Part shown: one piece after another, positions 59,701 through 64,000 of the stretch
Layout of the letters: every line of letters begins with the position of its first letter
How positions within the stretch are numbered: position 1 is the stretch's first letter
Assembly (NCBI GenBank): GCA_008632985.1
Contig: QPGO01000124.1
Span: 1 to 64,000, forward strand
Source of the DNA: Psammoneis japonica
Lineage: Eukaryota
Direction of reading: 5' to 3'
Length of the DNA stretch: 64,000 nucleotides
Made by a program: the position numbers and the translations under genes
The notes under the pieces: generated by a model
Databases searched by the model: none
Told to the model about the DNA's origin: nothing
What the model saw: only the letters and a program-made list of their open reading frames with translations

Positions 59701-61374
59701 GCTGCAGCTGCGGCGTTCTCGACGGTGAATACGAAGCTACCGCCGGCGAAAGCCTTATTGGCGCGTATCGCCGTCCTTCGAGCACTGAATCGCCGTACTC
59801 GTTTAGCTCTCCCGTGGCTTTCAATGCGCCCTGGTCAAGAGGGAAGCGCTATCTTTGGTGGCTTGTGCGGTCACGGAGCGTCCATTGAGCGTGTTGGAAG
59901 AAATATGAATACGGACGCTTCAGAAACGGTGAGTATACCTTTTGTTCACGAAACGAACCTCCTCAATGTCATTTAGATCCGCCGTTTTCTCATGTGAGTA
60001 TTCCGTTGTTTCTCTCCAGTGGTGTCGACCTTCGTCGGTCGCTTCTCGAGTAAGGAACTCCCGAAGACTGATCTTTGGTAGCGTGAAGCGCTTGCTTTTG
60101 GACAGCATCACCGACGCGACGACAACGCCAACTCCGTTGTCGCACGATGAGTACGAGCTTCCGCGTGAGATTCGAACTGTCCGCATCAATCGTTTGAAAG
60201 CGATCCGAGCAATGGCCGGCGACGACAACGCGGCGAAACGAAAGCATGCGGTGTTTTTCCAGTTGCAAAATGAAACAAAAAGCTGGGGTGGAGCAGCGTT
60301 GCGACGCGGCTATGTTGCAAAAGGTCACGGCGGGCAGAAACGGGCATTCAAATTGAAGCTCATTGGCGAAGGCGTCAATGACTACTCGGGTCCCTATCGT
60401 GAGGCCTTCACTGACGCTGCGATGGAACTCACAGCGCTTGACAGTAATAATCACGGTGCGCTTGGCGTGTTGGAACCCACACCCAACAACGCGTCGGATG
60501 TTGGCGACCATCGAGAGCTCTTTATGTTTGCTCTTGCTGATGCAGTTGCAAAACACCAGAACAGAAACAATGCAGTATCACCGGAAGAACTCCGAATCCG
60601 AGAGAGCTTTTCGAGTTTGACCACCGCGAGAGACGAGAGCTCAAGGGAATTGGAGGAAGCGCTGGTTTTCCTGGGAAGAATGTCTGGCACTGCCTGCCGA
60701 CACGGTATTCCATTGGATTTGCCGCTTCCGCTTGGAACCGTTTGGAGAGTGCTGTGCGAAGAAAAGTCAGAGTATGCCGACCGGCTCAGGAACTTGACGT
60801 TATTGGCCGTCGACAGCTTGACGGGTTGGACGGCAAGAGCGCCAAGACTCCACTCTTGTGGTGGCAGCAGCGAATGCTCAACTCGTTAGTGGAGGGCATG
60901 TCGAACGTTTTGCCGGTGGAAATATTTCCGGTTTTTACGGGCGAGGAGCTCCGTGACATTATCTGTGGCAATCCAGAAGTAGACGTGGACTTGCTGCGCC
61001 GAGTCGTGGAGTACGAAGGTTATGAGGATACAGACGATGTGATTGAACACTTCTGGGAAGTGCTCCAAGAAATGAGTACTGCAGAGAGAAAATCATTTTT
61101 GCAGTTTGTGTGGGCACGAAGCCGTTTGCCCATGAAGGAGAGCGACTTTGACGCTCCCTTTAAGATTATGCGGGACTCGGCCAGTGACGGGGACAATTGC
61201 GACGTTGCGTTACCCAGCGCAAGCACTTGCTTTTTCTCGCTTACGCTCCCAAATTACAGCACCAAGGAGATTTTGCGACAAAAGTTGCAGTTTGCTATTG
61301 AAAATGTGTGCACCATGGAGAGCGACTACGTGACCAATGCCGCGGAGGTCGGTGAGGGGTGGCGTGGTTTGTAG
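44771..61374 (+). CDS. Giant (~5,300 aa) HECT E3 ubiquitin ligase with 3 SPRY, 2 UBA, UIM-like and MIB/HERC2-like domains
   Basis: Predicted introns 44876-45115, 48650-48751, 48790-48900, 55876-55950 and 59929-60019. Apparent frameshifts at ~46295 and ~60790. SPRY: GVHRWAVRL, GKWYYEAIL, GVHYWEVKL. UBA: MAELGL..ALRRT..NIEAAV and LLEMGF..AL..NNVDEAL.W. HECT: GEGVNDYSGPYRE, FLQFVWARSRLP, LPSASTCFFSLTLPNY. Confidence 0.92.
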
Positions 61375-61835
61375 TAAGATGCAGATAGTGCAACAAGACT
61401 AAATTAGATAATGATACATACTCAATATGTGAACATGGATCTTCGTCTTTCTGTTGCGAAGTCTAGTTTCTGGTTCGCGCTGTCAGTTTATCACTCTGTG
61501 CAAAACTCGCGCAGAGATCATCGTGCCTATTATCTTCGCTAGAGTCTAAGCCATTCATGCCTTCGTTTGAACGCCAAACACGAACATTATTTACTGGCGT
61601 TTTTGCAATAGGTGCTGCACAAGCGGCAGATGGTACCATAGTGACCACGATAGCACCACGACGGACTTGGCTGGGTAAATGCAAGGGGAAGAGTGCTAAA
61701 CGTTTAGCTGCCTACTACTCATGCTTGACTTTTAAAGTAGGTACTGCAGACATCATCAGATACACGGTCGATTGAAATGAATGGAATTACAAGGTATTCG
61801 GTATTGAAGTATAACGGTATATCCACATTCTCTCT

Positions 61836-62213
61836 CTAGTCACTGCTTCTATCCGCGGAGAGGTGCATGCCCACATCAGAGCCGCCGTCGCGAGAACTGC
61901 CGTTTCGAGAATCGCCACCGTCGTCGTTGCCGCCAAGCCCCACCAAATCTTGTTCTCGTTGGTGGCGAGCGATAGGATGAGATAAGTCAGAGTATTGAGC
62001 AGATGGGATGCTGCCATCTCGAATTTCAAGTACTTCGATAGGATGGTCGATTGGGCGGTTATCTCTCATGCCGCCACGGAAGAACAAAGTGATTGCTTGT
62101 GCGATTGCTACGAGTGCAACTACGAGTGCCACCTCAAAGGAACCTCCAATCATTGCCAGAAATGCCACAGAAGCCGGGAACATAATGAAAAAGAGCTGAT
62201 CGGAATTCATCAT
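61836..62213 (-). CDS. Possible small two-TM protein
   Basis: Hydrophobic stretch FFIMFPASVAFLAMIGGSFEVALVVALVAIAQAITLFF followed by a hydrophilic tail. No family recognised. Confidence 0.4.
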   Translation of the reverse strand: MMNSDQLFFIMFPASVAFLAMIGGSFEVALVVALVAIAQAITLFFRGGMRDNRPIDHPIEVLEIRDGSIPSAQYSDLSHPIARHQREQDLVGLGGNDDGGDSRNGSSRDGGSDVGMHLSADRSSD

Positions 62214-63331
62214 CGCTGCAGTCAAGAGCTTCTTGAGTTCGTCAACGGTTGTTCCAAAACAAAGACCAACAAAATCGTTACATGAGAAGGGAGTCACGGA
62301 AAAGAGAGAACAGGATTGGCAGACATAAAAGGCGCACCGTTTGTTGTAAAAATCGAGGACGTTGGTCAACAATGGGATCACGTCAAAAGTTTGTGAGACA
62401 ATGTTGCTTGAAAAATGCGCGCAAATCTAACGGTCAAAATCTCGTGACCCCGATCTCGAAACGGCTGATCTCACCGCTGTTTTCGTACCTTCAGACGTCC
62501 CCGGTAACTGACGTTCGACATTCTAACAGTTTCAGCCGACGACATCGACAATGTTTCCGATGCATTACAACCGTCCCGTTCTCCAGATTTGAGTGAATAT
62601 CCCGGGCTTCCCGTCTTTCTTCTAGGACGACGGTGCTATTCGGATTCGGCAAGGGCAATTCTCTTCTATCCTCAACACCAGCACACGTGTTGACGCTTCC
62701 ATGTATTCGTTGATACTTCATGATCCTGTGATTGGTAGAGCGATTCGTTTCGAAAAAACGTGACAACTGTTCTACGTGAAGGACGACGCTCGGGTTTTGA
62801 CGCGACGACATCATCGTGGCTCGCCCAGCAGACGACTGTGCGGCACCCTGCACCGCGTGCGGGCAGCTTGCTCAAAACGCGCGAAGGAAAACACGCAAGA
62901 CATCACTTCTACAACAAGCAACAAAAGCAAATGATGTAACCAGCACTACAGACTTCCAATAATTTGTCTCTAAAAGTCGCTGGCTTGAACCTTGATTCCT
63001 CTTGATCGCTGCCCTGCGTTTCGCCACTTTGGAGAATCTTTCTGCCTTCATATTGTTGTTAGGCTTTGTCTTGTTTGGATTTTTCCAAGTGATCGCATGC
63101 TAGAAAGTGATGAGATTGCAAATAAGAAGAAGGAAGCACCGCGATGTGGCTTGGTTTCAACACGTCACGGACTACATCTAGTGCTGTACTGTAGTCAAGT
63201 AAAATATCTTCAAGCTGCAAGGAGTAGATTTCTTCAATCACGTTTCGGCAAACTGAAAACACCAAGTTAGAAGACTTGGAACAAAGAGGGGAACTTGGAG
63301 GTCGCCACGCAGAGGCTGCGCCATTCCATGC

Positions 63332-64000
63332 TCAAAGTTCCTCAAGAAGATTGGGGCGGCTACGATCATAGATATGGTCAAGAAAGAGTGTGTAACGCGG
63401 CCCACCTTTGTGGGCCGTTACACCATGGACAATGTTAGAACCATGAAGAAAGGCCGATCCGGGGACAGCCGTGGGTGCGACATGTGTGCCTCGGCCGTTC
63501 ACGCAAATCAGCTCCGCGCCGCTGTAGCCGTCATTGAGGTTCACCAACATCTTTTGTTTTTTGAGATCCTTGTGGTAGTCCACATTAAAATCACCCTCGC
63601 TTTGGCGGCGAAGAAGCACGCGAGACACTGGAGTATCTCTACCGAAGACTTCAAGGAAAATCTTGAGCAAACCTTGGACAGCATCATTGCCGATAATGCC
63701 AGCGAGATCCACCATGGAAATCGACTTGAAGCAGTCAAAATGAGGATCTTGTGTGCCATTCAACAATTCCTGCTCAAAGGCATCTTCAATGAAGGTTGTC
63801 AAAGATTCACACTTTTCTTTCGAGAGCACATTGTCTTCATGATGAAAGGATGCGTGAAGGGTGCCATCATGTCAGCAACAAAACCAGCTAGAAGCTCTTT
63901 GGATGATGGAGCTTCTTCGACAAGATTCCTTCCACCTGCTAAAGCCCGCGTGTACGGTCTATCAGCGCAGGCCAAACAGTCAGCCAAAATACCAAGGACG
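63332..64000 (-). CDS. 2OG-Fe(II) oxygenase (prolyl-hydroxylase-like) C-terminal domain; 5' end outside the window, apparent frameshift near 63870
   Basis: VDYHKD (HxD), MLVNLNDGYSGAELI, GSAFLHGSNIVHGVT...GGPRYTLF (distal His and 2OG-binding Arg). Confidence 0.8.

Noticed and set aside
45388..61226. Many antisense and alternate-frame ORFs within the HECT gene and other long CDSs
   Set aside because: They are shadow ORFs of a strongly supported coding frame and carry no motifs.

Overview
Eukaryotic DNA, most likely from a pennate diatom. This is inferred from short GT-AG introns, a DUF3067 protein with a bipartite plastid-targeting signal, and Gypsy/Copia elements resembling diatom families. 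Ordinary genes include the AP-3 mu subunit, tubulin cofactor A, a GT15 mannosyltransferase, a double-CAP secreted protein, a 2OG-Fe(II) oxygenase and a ~5,300-aa SPRY/UBA/HECT E3 ligase. Between them lie four blocks (about 1-5580, 7630-9560, 23760-25320, 34860-37900) almost stripped of both TpA and CpG, and a full-length Gypsy LTR retrotransposon (27992-32885). Main finding: the Gypsy element appears caught midway through a repeat-targeted TpA->TpG/CpA hypermutation on both strands, the mirror image of fungal RIP. Conserved Tyr codons became Cys/His, the protease DTG became DAG, and four LTR-LTR differences are TA vs TG, while CpG is still intact. Second finding: an intronless 1,061-aa protein fusing a HAD/DxD phosphatase, a 2H phosphodiesterase, a T4 Rnl1-type RNA ligase and a P-loop kinase, i.e. 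a predicted all-in-one RNA repair enzyme. All calls come from reading motifs by eye. No searches were run, counts are manual, and novelty relative to the literature is unverified.
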